From contig CAZRZU010000002.1 in the NCBI GenBank assembly GCA_964604615.1, forward strand, positions 2,992-50,332: a DNA stretch of 47,341 bases, written 5' to 3'. This DNA is from an uncultured Oscillospiraceae bacterium. GTDB taxonomy: Bacteria > Bacillota > Clostridia > UMGS1883. Positions within the stretch are counted from its first letter, which is position 1. The number at the start of each line of letters is the position of its first letter. The position numbers and the translations under genes are program-made. The notes under the pieces were generated by a model, which was not told the origin of the DNA, ran no database searches, and saw nothing but the letters and a program-made list of their open reading frames with translations. This document shows positions 26,700 to 35,162 of the stretch, in pieces.

Positions 26700-29096
26700 T
26701 TATTTTTGAATAAAATAATACCAGTTGCCTTCAATGTTAGTAAGCTCTTTGTTCTTTACCTGTTCTAATGCAGTATAAGTAAGCCCTTGTGTCTTGCCGT
26801 TTTCATTTCTTCCTAAAACGAAATGTACTGCTGCCTCGCTTGAAGGATTGTATCGAATTGAAAATTCCGCGAATTTTGCAGAAAATGCTGTAATTATTTT
26901 TAAAGCCTCAGGAGACAATGTAACATAACTACCTAACGCATAATCTCTAACTTCCAAGCCGTTGCCTACTTTGTTTATATAGACTCCGTTAGGACAGTTT
27001 CTTTGAACATACGAAACAATGGAGAAAAGTGCAGAACTGTTTTTTGAATAAAAATCGCACAAGGATTCAAATGTAATTTCTCCGATAAATTCGGTATCTG
27101 AAATTTCAGCATCCGATAAAGAATCGGAGTCGTCTGATTCTGCAATGGAATTTTCTGTATCTGAAGAATAAATCCATTTAAATGTCTTTATAATAAGCGC
27201 AGATGCTTCCGCAACTGTAATTCTGTTCTGAGGATTGAGGTATCCGTCATATCCTGTAACAATACCGTTTGAACTCATGATGTCTACATAATCCTTAGCC
27301 CAGAAGGAGATGCTGTCGCTATCCTTAAAGCTAATGGTTGTTTCCGCCGGTTCTGCTTTTGAAATTCTGGTAAGAATAATCATTGCCTGTTCGCGGCTGA
27401 TATAGTCTTCAGCAGTTACTCTCCCCTTTTCGTCGCCTGTCATATACCCTACCGCTTGAGCAGTTGCACAATCAGAATAATAAATGCTGTTTTCGTCAAG
27501 ATCAGAGAATGTTGCTTTTTGAGTGACACTATAACCGAAAATACGGTTAATCATAGCAGCAAAGTCTCCACGGGTAATATGTTCATCGGGATTTAAAGTA
27601 ACACCAGAAGGTGTTTCACCCAAAGCATTAATTGTGTCGCAGAATGCCTTTCCCCAATAGCTTTCTTCGTAATTCCCAATAAAGCTACCCTTGCCGTTAA
27701 CCGCAAGAGGTATTGCGTTGCTTGACAAAATCTCCGCTTTTTCACTGTTGCAGAGAATTGCATACATCATACAACCTTCTGTATCAACCAGATTTTTTTG
27801 AGGTGTAAGTGTAAAAGAAAATTCGTAACGTGAAGCAGTCGTACTGTCTTCTCTAAGTATGTAGGGGTTTATGTATTCTTCATAGAGTGTATTTCCGCCT
27901 CTATCTGTAATGAGAACTTTCACAAATACGGTTTCATCGGTTATTTTATATGATGTTCCCGATAATATTGAGGTTTTGACTGTGGGTGAAAACACTCCGT
28001 AAAAACTTGAGGGATTCCCTTCGGTAAGAACAAAACCATCACGGGAGTTAAAATCTGAATATGTGTTAAGACCGTTAACTGTTTCGCTGCGGAGCACCTC
28101 CACAAAGCTTTGAGTATTATGCTTTACAATTTCACCATTCTTTTTTAAACGTGTACCGTTAAAATCAAAAGAAACCTCTTTTTCACCAATGTCGTAATAC
28201 AAGTAGTTCTTTGCTGATTTTGAAGCAAATGCACTGCCTAATTTTACATTCATTTCGGTGTCATTTGAATTAATGTTATGAAGCAAAATATTTACAACAT
28301 TACTGTTGCCGTATTCAGAATTGACATTTGCAATATATCTCATAGGAATAATATAAGAAAACCCTTTTGCTTTGTTAAGGTAAGTATAAGGGGTCCACTT
28401 TCCTACTAGGGAATTGCTGACAGTTATGTTGTTATTTTTTGCATATTCTTTAATTGCGTTGTTGTCATGAGATATAATTCTCTCTGAAGAATTGCCAAAG
28501 TTTAAAATTTGCTGATAACGGCAAACCTCCTCGTCGTCCTTGTCAACAGCTGTGACAACCAGGATATATCTTCCGGAGGTAATATCTGTGAGAGAATATT
28601 CAAGTTCATCCCGGTACAAAAGGTCAAAATCCTTTGTGCCGCCACCATATATAACAGCAGCAAAATAATCGTCTTTTACAACGATTTTTGTTTGAGGCAA
28701 CCTTATGGAATCCCTGTCATAACCGTCGAACATTATATCCGGAGGAGTGTACTGCACTAAGTTAATGCCTTTTGAATCTTCAACTGCACTTCCCATGTCA
28801 TAATCCGTCATAAAATATTGAGCTGATGTAATGCCATCAGGGGCAACGCGGCTGGTCAGTGAACGTACAACCTCGCCCTTTGAGTCAAGAAGCTCTATTT
28901 TTATATTAAGTGGATATGATGAAGCGCTCTTTCCGCCCCTGTCAATTTTGCCTACCACATAAAAGTCTCTGCCCGGTGCAATCTCAATTTCTTCAGCACC
29001 TGGGGCAACGAGAACAATTTCTGTTGCATAAACAGACACTGCGGCTGAAAATAGTAATAAAAATCCGATAATTACTGAAATGGTAAATTTTTTCAT
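26700..29096 (-). CDS. secreted cell-wall-associated protein with three internal SLH repeats
   Basis: Signal peptide (...AAVSVYA/TE). About 470 aa of unassigned beta-rich sequence, then three SLH-like repeats (ITRGDFAAMINRIFGY; FSDLDENSIYYSDCATAQAVGYMTG...ISREQAMIIL; FKDSDSISFWAKDYVDIMSSNGIVTGY...ITVAEASALI). An acidic linker and an unassigned tail of about 150 aa follow. Confidence 0.75.
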   Translation of the reverse strand: MKKFTISVIIGFLLLFSAAVSVYATEIVLVAPGAEEIEIAPGRDFYVVGKIDRGGKSASSYPLNIKIELLDSKGEVVRSLTSRVAPDGITSAQYFMTDYDMGSAVEDSKGINLVQYTPPDIMFDGYDRDSIRLPQTKIVVKDDYFAAVIYGGGTKDFDLLYRDELEYSLTDITSGRYILVVTAVDKDDEEVCRYQQILNFGNSSERIISHDNNAIKEYAKNNNITVSNSLVGKWTPYTYLNKAKGFSYIIPMRYIANVNSEYGNSNVVNILLHNINSNDTEMNVKLGSAFASKSAKNYLYYDIGEKEVSFDFNGTRLKKNGEIVKHNTQSFVEVLRSETVNGLNTYSDFNSRDGFVLTEGNPSSFYGVFSPTVKTSILSGTSYKITDETVFVKVLITDRGGNTLYEEYINPYILREDSTTASRYEFSFTLTPQKNLVDTEGCMMYAILCNSEKAEILSSNAIPLAVNGKGSFIGNYEESYWGKAFCDTINALGETPSGVTLNPDEHITRGDFAAMINRIFGYSVTQKATFSDLDENSIYYSDCATAQAVGYMTGDEKGRVTAEDYISREQAMIILTRISKAEPAETTISFKDSDSISFWAKDYVDIMSSNGIVTGYDGYLNPQNRITVAEASALIIKTFKWIYSSDTENSIAESDDSDSLSDAEISDTEFIGEITFESLCDFYSKNSSALFSIVSYVQRNCPNGVYINKVGNGLEVRDYALGSYVTLSPEALKIITAFSAKFAEFSIRYNPSSEAAVHFVLGRNENGKTQGLTYTALEQVKNKELTNIEGNWYYFIQK

Positions 29097-29112
29097 GGTT
29101 TTGCCCTTTCGG

Positions 29113-29160
29113 TTTATACAAGCAGAAGCATCCCCGGAAGGATGCTTCTGCTTGTATAAA
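29113..29160 (-). terminator. 21-bp perfect stem-loop downstream of araA (putative terminator or processing site)
   Basis: TTTATACAAGCAGAAGCATCC-ccggaa-GGATGCTTCTGCTTGTATAAA. There is no clean U-tract on the minus strand, so terminator function is uncertain. Confidence 0.45.
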
Positions 29161-29164
29161 TAAC

Positions 29165-30628
29165 TTATTTAAGTTTATATACAATATCGTTGTAGAAGAG
29201 TTCCTTCTGAAGCTGGTTTACATCTGTGTTTTTGTCTATAAGAACAAATTCCATGTCGCACATTTTTGCAAAATCACGGAGTTCGTCCACACCTAATGCT
29301 GTGGAAAGACATGTGTGATGTGCACCGCCTGCATAAATCCAGCATTCAGCACTTGTTGCAAGGTCGGGATGGGGCTTCCAAAGCACACTTGCAACGGGAA
29401 GCTTAGGCATAGCATGTGTGTTTTCAACAACTTCCATTGTACTTACAATCATACGGAAGCGGTTGCCCATGTCGATAATTGTTGCTGCAACTGCGTCACC
29501 GGGCTTTGAATCAAAGACTAATCTTGCGGGAGGATTCTTGCCGCCGATTCCGAGAGGATGAACTTCAATTTTAGGCTTGTTTGCAGCGATTGACGGGCAT
29601 ACTTCGAGCATATGAGCACCAAGAGCCATTTCGTTGCCTTCTTCAAGATGATATGTATAATCTTCCATAAAGAGTGTTCCGCCCTCTTTGCCCTGTGCCA
29701 TGTACTTCATAATTGCTGTAAGCGCAGATGTCTTCCAGTCGCCTTCGCCACCAAAACCATAACCGTCGTAATGCAAATCCTGTACGGCAAGACCGGGAAG
29801 CTGGTTAAGATTATGTAAATCTTCAAATGTTGTTGTAAATGCCTTGTATCCGCCATTATCCAGGAACTTCTTTATACCCACTTCGTAAAGTGCCTGTTCA
29901 CGAACAGTTGCAACATCGTCTGTATTCATTTCATAACGGTCGTTATAAATTGCCATCTGCGCGTCAACTTCTGCTTCTGTTACCTGGGCAATTACATCTG
30001 TAAGGTCGCCTACACCGTAACCGTTAACCTGCCAGCCAAACTTAATCTCAGCTTCTACCTTATCGCCTTCGGTAACGGCAACATAACGCATGTTGTCACC
30101 AAAACGCGCAACCTTAAGGCTTTTGGAAAATGCGTAGCCTGCAGCAGCTCTGGCCCAGGATTCAATGTCAGATATAACTTTTTCGTTTGTCCAGTGTCCT
30201 GCAACGACCTTTCTTCCAATGCCCATTCTTGTTGCAATAAAGCCGTGTTCACGATCTCCATGAGCAGACTGATTGAGATTCATAAAATCCATATCGATGG
30301 AATCCCAAGGGATTTCGCAGTTGTATTGAGTATGTAAGTGTAAGAGGGGCTTCTGTAAAAGATTAAAGCCTGTTATCCACATTTTTGAAGGCGAGAAAAC
30401 ATGCATCCATGTAATAACACCGATACATTCTTCGTCTGCGTTGGCAGCTTTGAATACTGCTGCAATTTCATCAGGAAGTGTGACAAGACCTTTTGTAACT
30501 ACACCGACGGGCAGCTTTGAGTCAAGATGAGCTGCAATTTCTTCGGAATGAGCATTCATTTCTGCAAATGCATCTGTTCCGTAAAGATGCTGACCACCTG
30601 TTATAAACCAAATCTTTTTGTTTTTCAT
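29165..30628 (-). CDS. araA: L-arabinose isomerase
   Basis: Collinear with enterobacterial and Bacillus AraA throughout (WFITGGQHLYG, FSPSKMWI, DMDFMNLNQSAHGDRE, RFGDNMR, FTTTFEDLH.L.QLPGLAVQ, FGGEGDWKT, HMLEVCPSIA, GGAHHT). Confidence 0.95.
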   Translation of the reverse strand: MKNKKIWFITGGQHLYGTDAFAEMNAHSEEIAAHLDSKLPVGVVTKGLVTLPDEIAAVFKAANADEECIGVITWMHVFSPSKMWITGFNLLQKPLLHLHTQYNCEIPWDSIDMDFMNLNQSAHGDREHGFIATRMGIGRKVVAGHWTNEKVISDIESWARAAAGYAFSKSLKVARFGDNMRYVAVTEGDKVEAEIKFGWQVNGYGVGDLTDVIAQVTEAEVDAQMAIYNDRYEMNTDDVATVREQALYEVGIKKFLDNGGYKAFTTTFEDLHNLNQLPGLAVQDLHYDGYGFGGEGDWKTSALTAIMKYMAQGKEGGTLFMEDYTYHLEEGNEMALGAHMLEVCPSIAANKPKIEVHPLGIGGKNPPARLVFDSKPGDAVAATIIDMGNRFRMIVSTMEVVENTHAMPKLPVASVLWKPHPDLATSAECWIYAGGAHHTCLSTALGVDELRDFAKMCDMEFVLIDKNTDVNQLQKELFYNDIVYKLK

Positions 30629-30675
30629 ATTAGGTTCATCCTTTCCGTAAAATATTGTATTTTTTATATATGACC

Positions 30676-30704
30676 ATTATATCATAGAAATTTTATTTCT
30701 GCAA
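30676..30704 (-). promoter_or_regulatory. sigma-A-type promoter upstream of araA
   Basis: Minus strand has TTGCAG (comp. 30699-30704), 17-nt spacer, TATAAT (comp. 30676-30681), with extended -10 TGa. It overlaps the upstream hairpin. Confidence 0.45.
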
Positions 30705-30729
30705 TATTCAACTTAAATATTGCAGAAAT
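30695..30729 (-). terminator. hairpin ending the germinant-receptor operon
   Basis: ATTTCTGCAATATT-7 nt-AATATTGCAGAAAT (14-bp perfect stem). On the minus strand it is followed by AAAATTTCT. It contains the stop codon of the small ORF. Confidence 0.5.
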
Positions 30730-30857
30730 AAAACAACGGAAATTATTACCGGCAGAAGTATAATAAAGAAATCCTTACGTCTTCCCTGTCGTAACTGATA
30801 AAACGCATATGAAATTGTGTATATTTCAACCAACATAAACCCCATCCATCTTAACAT
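30708..30857 (-). CDS. unlisted 49-aa hydrophobic small protein coupled to the gerAC-like gene
   Basis: Hand translation gives MLRWMGFMLVEIYTISYAFYQLRQGRRKDFFIILLPVIISVVLFLQYLS*. The ATG lies 4 nt after the gerAC-like stop, and the AGGAG inside that gene's last codons sits 7 nt upstream. Two hydrophobic stretches are separated by RQGRRKD. Confidence 0.4.
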   Translation of the reverse strand: MLRWMGFMLVEIYTISYAFYQLRQGRRKDFFIILLPVIISVVLFLQYLS

Positions 30858-30858
30858 T

Positions 30859-32148
30859 TTACCAACTCCTGCCTGTGTTTTGTGAAAGCTCCCCGTACGT
30901 TCTTACGGTGAGAGTAACATCGACCGAAAATTCTGCATAAGGAAATTGCTCGGACCAATTGTAATCAAGCCAGTCATCTACTGTCAAAAACTGAGCTTTT
31001 GCCACTTCGGAAAAACCGCAGATATCGCAGTTTGTGTCTCGGATTTTAAACAAAAACTTTGAAACAATAAACTCTACTTGCTCCTGAAAATGCTCCTCGA
31101 AAATTTTCGGATTTTTGATATAGTAATCATCTTTTCCGACTTCGGTGAAATCGCCTTCCAGGTCAACATGAACGGAAATTTTGGGATTTTGGGTACAATC
31201 CACTTTAATTTCAGTGTTTTTTGTAGGAACAATATAACAGGTAATCATTTTGTCCGGATCATGAGGATTTGACAGAGTAACGTAAGTGTTTGGCATGCTC
31301 TGAGTAATCATTTGTAAAGCAGAGGTTTCATTTGTTCCCAAAATATAAACAAGTTTTCCGTTTTTTAATACGGCGGTACCTTGAATTTCTGCACTATTAT
31401 CACTTTTGCTTATTGTACTTCCTGCTATGGTGTTAATAGCAAAATCATCGGTGTTGGCTGCAAATTCCCCTTGTAATGTCTCAGATTCGGAGGGTTCTTC
31501 AGAAGGAATTTCTGAAGAATTTTCCGAAGGAACCGTATCAGTTTTTAGTGTGAGTTCATTAATTGCACAGTACGGCAAGACTCCCGTGTTGCTTTCGCTT
31601 AACAATCTGAAATACAAGTCGTATAAATATAAATCCCCTCTTGTTCCGGATGTCATTTTATTAAAAATTAATTGAAAATATTTTTCCAGATGATATGTTT
31701 GTACAGGATTAATTTTTTCGAGGAAATCCATAGATGAATTATCCGCGATGCAAACATAGGTATTAGGTCGGAAATGGCTTGATCTTACCAGCATGTAAAT
31801 ATATTCTTCTAAGCCTTCTCTTGCAAGCTCCTCTGAAAAAATAATTGTTTGAGTATGAGTCAATACAATGGATTTACTTTTAAAATTATTTATCTGTTCA
31901 ATGGCTGAATAAAGTGACGGAGCTTCAATTACAATTGTTTCATCCTTCTCTCCCCTTCCCGATTCTGTACCGTTCTTTGACGGTGTGGTAAAAACAAATG
32001 TTAGTCGTAACTGATAGTTCTCGCCTTTGTCAAACCCTATTGCCGTAACAAAAGATTTGCTGTCCACCTCGTCAACTCTGGTACATGCGGTAAAAATGAG
32101 AAGCAAAGATAAGATAATACAGGCTGTTTTTTTCAATCCGTAATACAC
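30859..32148 (-). CDS. GerA-family germinant receptor C subunit (Ger(x)C lipoprotein)
   Basis: Lipobox LLLIFTAC followed by ...FVTAIGFDKGEN.....TF..., the Ger(x)C N-terminal signature, with a Ger(x)C C-terminal domain. Start is uncertain (GTG 32148 or TTG 32136) and no convincing RBS is present. Confidence 0.85.
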   Translation of the reverse strand: MYYGLKKTACIILSLLLIFTACTRVDEVDSKSFVTAIGFDKGENYQLRLTFVFTTPSKNGTESGRGEKDETIVIEAPSLYSAIEQINNFKSKSIVLTHTQTIIFSEELAREGLEEYIYMLVRSSHFRPNTYVCIADNSSMDFLEKINPVQTYHLEKYFQLIFNKMTSGTRGDLYLYDLYFRLLSESNTGVLPYCAINELTLKTDTVPSENSSEIPSEEPSESETLQGEFAANTDDFAINTIAGSTISKSDNSAEIQGTAVLKNGKLVYILGTNETSALQMITQSMPNTYVTLSNPHDPDKMITCYIVPTKNTEIKVDCTQNPKISVHVDLEGDFTEVGKDDYYIKNPKIFEEHFQEQVEFIVSKFLFKIRDTNCDICGFSEVAKAQFLTVDDWLDYNWSEQFPYAEFSVDVTLTVRTYGELSQNTGRSW

Positions 32149-32245
32149 GTATAATTAAAACCATCTCGAAAGGGGTGGTTTTAATTATTTCTCCCTTCTT
32201 TAAAAATTGTTATATTTGCAGGAGTAGCTACCTGCTGTATAATCA

Positions 32246-32324
32246 AGACAAGCACTGTGGATTTGTACCTATATTACTACAGCTTTGACTGGTTCGAGGT
32301 GACTCAAACCACAGTGGTTTGTCT
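32246..32324. repeat. imperfect inverted repeat pair within the gerAB-gerAC gap
   Basis: AGACAAgCACTGTGG (32246-32260) pairs with CCACAGTGgtTTGTCT (32309-32324), giving 14 bp with a small bulge. The right arm is part of a 17-bp perfect palindrome, CAAACCAC-A-GTGGTTTG (32305-32321). Confidence 0.85.
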
Positions 32325-32381
32325 GAAATGATAATCAGTTAGTTAATGCTTTGACGTTACTGAGATTTAGAGATTCTCTTG

Positions 32382-33470
32382 TCACCTCATTTTGTTTTTT
32401 AAACGTGCCGTAGCTAATATCAAAAATGCTAAGGGAAACAGCGGATATGCTATATAGCCATATGTCATAAGAAAGTCATATATTTTTTCCACACTGGTTT
32501 CAGAGCCGGGGATAAGTGCCGCAAGAGCTATAATAAGCGCGAATACAAATACAGTGGGCAACGAATTGTTAAGCGAGAATGTTTTGTTAAATATATGTGA
32601 GGTCATTCGTATTCCAATTCCCACATAAATGAACATTGCACCTCCCCATATAAAAACATTGAGAGGTTCTATTCTTTGGAAAAAGGTTCCTGCTTTTATC
32701 ATACGGGTCATTTGGTAAAGAGGTAATGCAAATGTGTCGGCTGCCTCATAAGGAACAGACAACTGGTAAAATAAAGTGATTACACTTAACAGAAAAATGG
32801 AGATAAGCAATGATGTAAAGCTTATTTTCTTTACAGATGTTTCATAGCTTAAATAAGGGGTAAAAAACAGTATTGTTCCCAGCTCGTAGAAAGATGCATT
32901 TTGCAACAGTGCATTGGTTACCGTATCTTTGATTCCGTTTCCGAAAAGCGGAAGAATGTTTGAAACAGAATACCTGGGTATGTTGATTAAAAGAATGATA
33001 GTGACAGCAACCAGTATAAAAGGCAAAATTAAACCATTGAGATTAATTTGCGTCTGTATACCCAAGTAAGCTGCGGTTATACCTGCCGCAAGAAGAAATA
33101 AGGCAACGTTTTCGTATGAAATGCCTCTTATTACGGTATTGCGTATAAGTTCACCAAAACTTCTGAATACGGCCGCAGAACTGATTATAAAGCAAAAGCA
33201 ACCAATAATTCCAACTACATACTTCCCTAATGTACCAAATGAATATTGTGCTATGTCCATAATATCCATTCCTTCAAAATTTAAAGTAAGCTTTAAAACT
33301 ATTGAAAGCATAAATATTTCAAAGATTCCGCTCAAAAGCACTTCGAGCCATCCCGCAGATGCGGATTGCTGCGCATAGAAAGAGGGCGCTGATATGAGAG
33401 CTTTTGTTAAAATGAGAGTCACAAGAAGGGAAATTCCGCCCCAAGTTTCGATTTTTTCTCCTTGATTCAT
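32382..33470 (-). CDS. GerA-family germinant receptor B subunit (APC-like permease)
   Basis: About 10 TM segments, in Spore_permease family style. ATG 33470 is preceded by an AAAGAGGTG RBS. The listed 33497 start would overlap the A-subunit gene. Confidence 0.85.
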   Translation of the reverse strand: MNQGEKIETWGGISLLVTLILTKALISAPSFYAQQSASAGWLEVLLSGIFEIFMLSIVLKLTLNFEGMDIMDIAQYSFGTLGKYVVGIIGCFCFIISSAAVFRSFGELIRNTVIRGISYENVALFLLAAGITAAYLGIQTQINLNGLILPFILVAVTIILLINIPRYSVSNILPLFGNGIKDTVTNALLQNASFYELGTILFFTPYLSYETSVKKISFTSLLISIFLLSVITLFYQLSVPYEAADTFALPLYQMTRMIKAGTFFQRIEPLNVFIWGGAMFIYVGIGIRMTSHIFNKTFSLNNSLPTVFVFALIIALAALIPGSETSVEKIYDFLMTYGYIAYPLFPLAFLILATARLKNKMR

Positions 33471-33481
33471 AAAACACCTCT

Positions 33482-35077
33482 TTAGTGAGATTTCCATTTT
33501 CGTGATATTTTAGCTTCTTTATATTTGCGCTTAGGATTCTGATAATCAGGACGCATTTCTCTTTTCCATATTGGGTTAATAAATATTCCTCCGACTAAAT
33601 CTGTATGCCTTGTTCTGGGTGCGAACGGCGCAAACATTGCAACCCCCATGGAACGAGTGTGTAACCATAATGAAAGGTGTATAAATAACCCGGAAGCGAT
33701 GCCTAAAAGCCCTGCAAATCCACCAAGAAAAATATAAACGAACTTCATTACCCTGGCGGACAAGCCCAGATAGTAATTAGGTGTTGCAAATGAACCTATG
33801 GCAGCCAAAGAAACTATAATTATCACAACAGGGCTGACTATACTTGCTTCGACTGCGGCTTGTCCGAGTATCAGTGCACCGACAATGCTCAATGTAGTTC
33901 CTGAAGATGTTGGTACTCTGACCCCGGCTTCACGTATTATTTCTAATGCAATTTCCATAAACAAAAGCTCTATAAATCCCGGAAACGGAACCTCTTCCTT
34001 TGCGGCAATTATGGCAATAAGAAGATTCGTAGGTAAAAGCTCGTTGTGAAAATTCATAATGGCTATATATATTCCCGGCAGCAACATTGACAAAAAGAAT
34101 GCGACTGCACGGACCAATCGCATCATATTTGCATAGGGATATCGCAGGTAGGAATCTTCTGTGGACTCGTTAAGCTCGTAGAAGGTTGCAGGCAATAAAA
34201 TTGCATAGGGAGAGCCGTCTACTATAATGGCAATTTTGCCGTCAAGTATTGCTTTTGCTGTTCGGTCAGGGCGCTCTGTGGATAAAAATTGCGGAATGGT
34301 AGAATACGTTTTATCTTCCATGTACATTTCCAGCTCAGCGCTGGTCATAATGTAGTCAATGCTCAGATTGTCTACCCTTCTTAAAGTTTCTTTTACCAAT
34401 GCATCGTCAGCAATGTTTTTCATGTATAAAACTGAGCAAGGAGTCTGACTTATTAATCCAAGTTGCTTTTCCTCAATAATAAGATTTTTGTTGCGTATCA
34501 GACGGCGGATAAGTGCTGTGTTAGAGCGCAGCTGTTCATTGAATGCATCATTTGGTCCGCGAATAACCTTTTCGTTTTGAGGCTCTCCTATGGCTCGCGA
34601 ATCCCAACCCTTAATATCGATTGAAATAGCCTTCGAGACTCCGTTTATTATGAGTATTGCACTACCGAAATTGAGGTCATAGGACAATTTTTCTAATTTG
34701 TCTTCTTCTATTGCCTCAGCCTGAGGCAATAATGTTTTTCCAATCTCCTCGGGGGACTTTATATAAATCTCCCTGGAGTGAACCATCATTGGCATTAAAA
34801 TAAAGTTATTAAGCAATGTTTTATTGATAAGCCCATCTATATAAAATACTGCTGCGTCGATGTCTTTTTCGTCAATTTTTACGGTAAATTCCCTGAGTTT
34901 TACATCTCCGCTCTTTCCGAAACCGAACTCGCGTTTTAGTGTATTTAAATCAAGAAAATAATAACCGGAGAGCTTCTTTGTGCCGTTATTCTCCTGTGAA
35001 GATGTTTTTTCGTTTTCTTTCAGTACAAATTCAGAACTGTTTTTTGGATTGTATATGAATGGAAGTCTTATTTTCAA
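33482..35077 (-). CDS. GerA-family germinant receptor A subunit
   Basis: Typical GerA family core (...IRGPNDAFNEQL..N..LIRRL......PDR.AKAILDGK.AI.VDGSP.A...P..F...........RL.R......) plus C-terminal TM bundle. TTG start 7 nt after a GGGGAGG RBS. Confidence 0.9.
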   Translation of the reverse strand: MKIRLPFIYNPKNSSEFVLKENEKTSSQENNGTKKLSGYYFLDLNTLKREFGFGKSGDVKLREFTVKIDEKDIDAAVFYIDGLINKTLLNNFILMPMMVHSREIYIKSPEEIGKTLLPQAEAIEEDKLEKLSYDLNFGSAILIINGVSKAISIDIKGWDSRAIGEPQNEKVIRGPNDAFNEQLRSNTALIRRLIRNKNLIIEEKQLGLISQTPCSVLYMKNIADDALVKETLRRVDNLSIDYIMTSAELEMYMEDKTYSTIPQFLSTERPDRTAKAILDGKIAIIVDGSPYAILLPATFYELNESTEDSYLRYPYANMMRLVRAVAFFLSMLLPGIYIAIMNFHNELLPTNLLIAIIAAKEEVPFPGFIELLFMEIALEIIREAGVRVPTSSGTTLSIVGALILGQAAVEASIVSPVVIIIVSLAAIGSFATPNYYLGLSARVMKFVYIFLGGFAGLLGIASGLFIHLSLWLHTRSMGVAMFAPFAPRTRHTDLVGGIFINPIWKREMRPDYQNPKRKYKEAKISRKWKSH

Positions 35078-35130
35078 TACATTACCTCCCCTTTTCTTAA
35101 GGATATATTTCCCGAAAATGGCTTTTTTAT

Positions 35131-35162
35131 ACGAAAAAAGAAGGCTGTCAGCCTTCTTTTGA
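35131..35162 (-). terminator. intrinsic terminator after the LRR-protein gene
   Basis: Minus strand has AAAAGAAGGC-tgaca-GCCTTCTTTTTT. Confidence 0.7.

Noticed and set aside
32288-32302. GGTTCGAGG resembling a tRNA T-loop in the ger-operon gap
   Set aside because: There is no complementary T-stem, acceptor stem or anticodon arm around it, so it is not a tRNA or tRNA fragment that I can support.
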